DNA of 64,000 nucleotides from Chrysomallon squamiferum (Eukaryota; Animalia; Mollusca): NCBI GenBank assembly GCA_012295275.1, contig CM022672.1, positions 23,994,001 to 24,058,000 of the forward strand, read 5' to 3'. Shown piece by piece: positions 62,101 to 64,000 of this stretch (position 1 is its first letter; each line of letters starts with the position of its first letter). The notes under the pieces were generated by a model. It saw only the letters and a program-made list of their open reading frames with translations, ran no database searches and was not told where the DNA came from. The position numbers and the translations under genes were made by a program.

Positions 62101-64000
62101 GTAAATGAAAACAAAACAGCCTTTTAAAACTGCACACTTTTATTGATGCAGGATAGAATGGTGACAATTGAATACATGTATAAAACAACAACAAAGGAAC
62201 AGATTTCAAAAAAAATTAAAACTTTGTATGATGATTGATATCAGTATTCCTCCCTGAAATGAAGTTTTATTTGATGTTGTAATGAAATAAGAGTATTTCT
62301 GGTTACAAATTAAAATTGGTTATATAAATTTATTGCATAGGTGTCGGTTAGATAAACCAACTGCAATTATTGTCACATGAAATATTTAAACATACAACAA
62401 AACTGATAGATTGATTACATGATTTTACGAACAAACAAATACAAAGAATACACACACAAAGATAAAATAAGTGGTGAAACATACAAAGATGACACAAATG
62501 CAGAATACATCAAAAGCAGGTTTGTATTTTCTATTTAAAATAATAATAATAATACTGTTTTTAAATTTGTATTGTTTTATAATGCATTTGAAAAAGGACA
62601 GTAAAATAGCAGAATGGTATGCTCACAAAAATAGTATCACAGAAAAGTTCCTTTTAATATTTTATCACATCAAAGCCTCACAAAATGGTGTTGGGGTAAA
62701 GAAAGCTCCATGAGGTTTGTCAGTCTTTTGTAAACCATGTCCAAACACATAATAATAAAAAATTAAGAAAATAAATTTTACAAAGTTTAAAAACTGACTT
62801 AACTCTAAATATATCAGTAAAGCTGGGATATTTATAAATGTGACATTATAATGATAACATTCTGAAAAGTCCATGATCCCACAATTTTAGTTTTATATTA
62901 CACTGTTTAAACTGCAGCATTATTTTCTTAAATTTTTCATTTTCTTGTGCAATCAACTGCACATTGTTTATTGAGGTAGTATCACCAAAGTAAAATCAGT
63001 AAACTATCTTAAGAAAAAATGATAAAATGGAGTAAAAATGGTTCGTGAAAACAAAATAAGAAAGAAAAAAGTAGTAATGAAAAGAAAAGAGAATGAACAG
63101 CGTTTAAAGCCTTACCATACTATACTATTATTAAAATCATATCCTGTTCTTGGAAGACTTAAAAGATTTACATAATATAATTATAAGTATAATCAGGTAA
63201 TTTATGGGAAAACAAAGTTTGATGACTTATATACTGAATAGTTTTTTCCAAATAAAACATTGAATTTTCATGAGTAAACTTCAAAATAACATAACAGATT
63301 ATAGAACTTTTCTGCTTTTATAAGCAAACTATCAGTCTTAGAAAAAACAAACTGAATAAGTAATCACACCAAATTTGTTATCAATTGTTTTGTAAAACCT
63401 GCCTCAGACTTCTATTAATAGATTATATTTTAGCGCTTAAAAAAAATGCTTTACATACAAATGGACAAGTTTGAAATTAGCAATATTATATTAAATATAA
63501 AGTTATAACAAACATGTAAACATTTCAGTTAAGGTAAATATTTACAAACAGGGCTATAATACTGACATTTAAATACATAATATATTTCTAAAACTCTCTT
63601 TGGAAATGTATTTATCACAAGAATAATCCATTAAAAGGAAAACCTCACAGTTGTAAAAGATTTTTACTGAAATTTAAGCAAATTTCCATTAATTACCAAT
63701 AATAAATAAATAAAATCTTAAGCATATTAAAATAAAGATGAAATAGATAATTATATATATCTACCAAATATAATAAAAAGTGGAGTCAAATGAAATAAAA
63801 CCACAACTAGACAACAAAACTTTTAGATTATAGTTTTCCCCATTATTATGCTAGATACTTCACAGCACAAAAATAAACTGTTACATGCTGCATCAGATGA
63901 ATTTAATTTAAAGTTTGAAATTAGCTATATTCAAGTAGAGAACAAATTTTAGAAAATGATTTCAGTTGAAGAAAATTATTAAATGCAGTCCCCACTAATA

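Noticed and set aside
60300-64000. Possible long 3' UTR of a convergent minus-strand gene
   Set aside because: Only composition and scattered reverse AATAAA motifs support it; no coding exon or splice site was identified in the window.

Overview
AT-rich, microsatellite-dense eukaryotic (animal) genomic DNA with GT-AG introns; repeat content suggests a mollusc, probably a gastropod (inference). Most short ORFs in the supplied track are microsatellite or AT-rich artefacts. Three spliced protein-coding genes can be reconstructed on the + strand. (1-2) A tandem duplication (unit A ~10678-20805, unit B ~20908-33340) of a gene for a signal-peptide-less GAPR-1/GLIPR2-type protein with TWO CAP (SCP/PR-1) domains and a long linker. 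Copy A (561 aa) has lost a conserved CAP His. Copy B (~492 aa) has a 523-bp deletion that removed a splice acceptor, but the junction offers three in-frame replacement acceptors. Copy B also has an expanded 37-bp intronic minisatellite and possibly its own first exon. (3) A five-coding-exon gene (53254-59199), barely visible in the ORF track, encodes a 160-aa secreted prepropeptide: signal peptide, acidic propeptide ending in KR, two homologous frame-neutral Arg/Tyr-rich exons (YARLS[YF]Y), and a C-terminal double inhibitor-cystine-knot (C-C-CC-C-C twice, 2-residue linker). This precursor is the strongest candidate for an undescribed system. Also present: a Tc1/mariner-type MITE, degenerate SINE-like remnants, an AP-1-motif-rich satellite and a probable templated insertion. 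No rRNA, tRNA or CRISPR array was recognised. All gene models were spliced by eye, without expression data.
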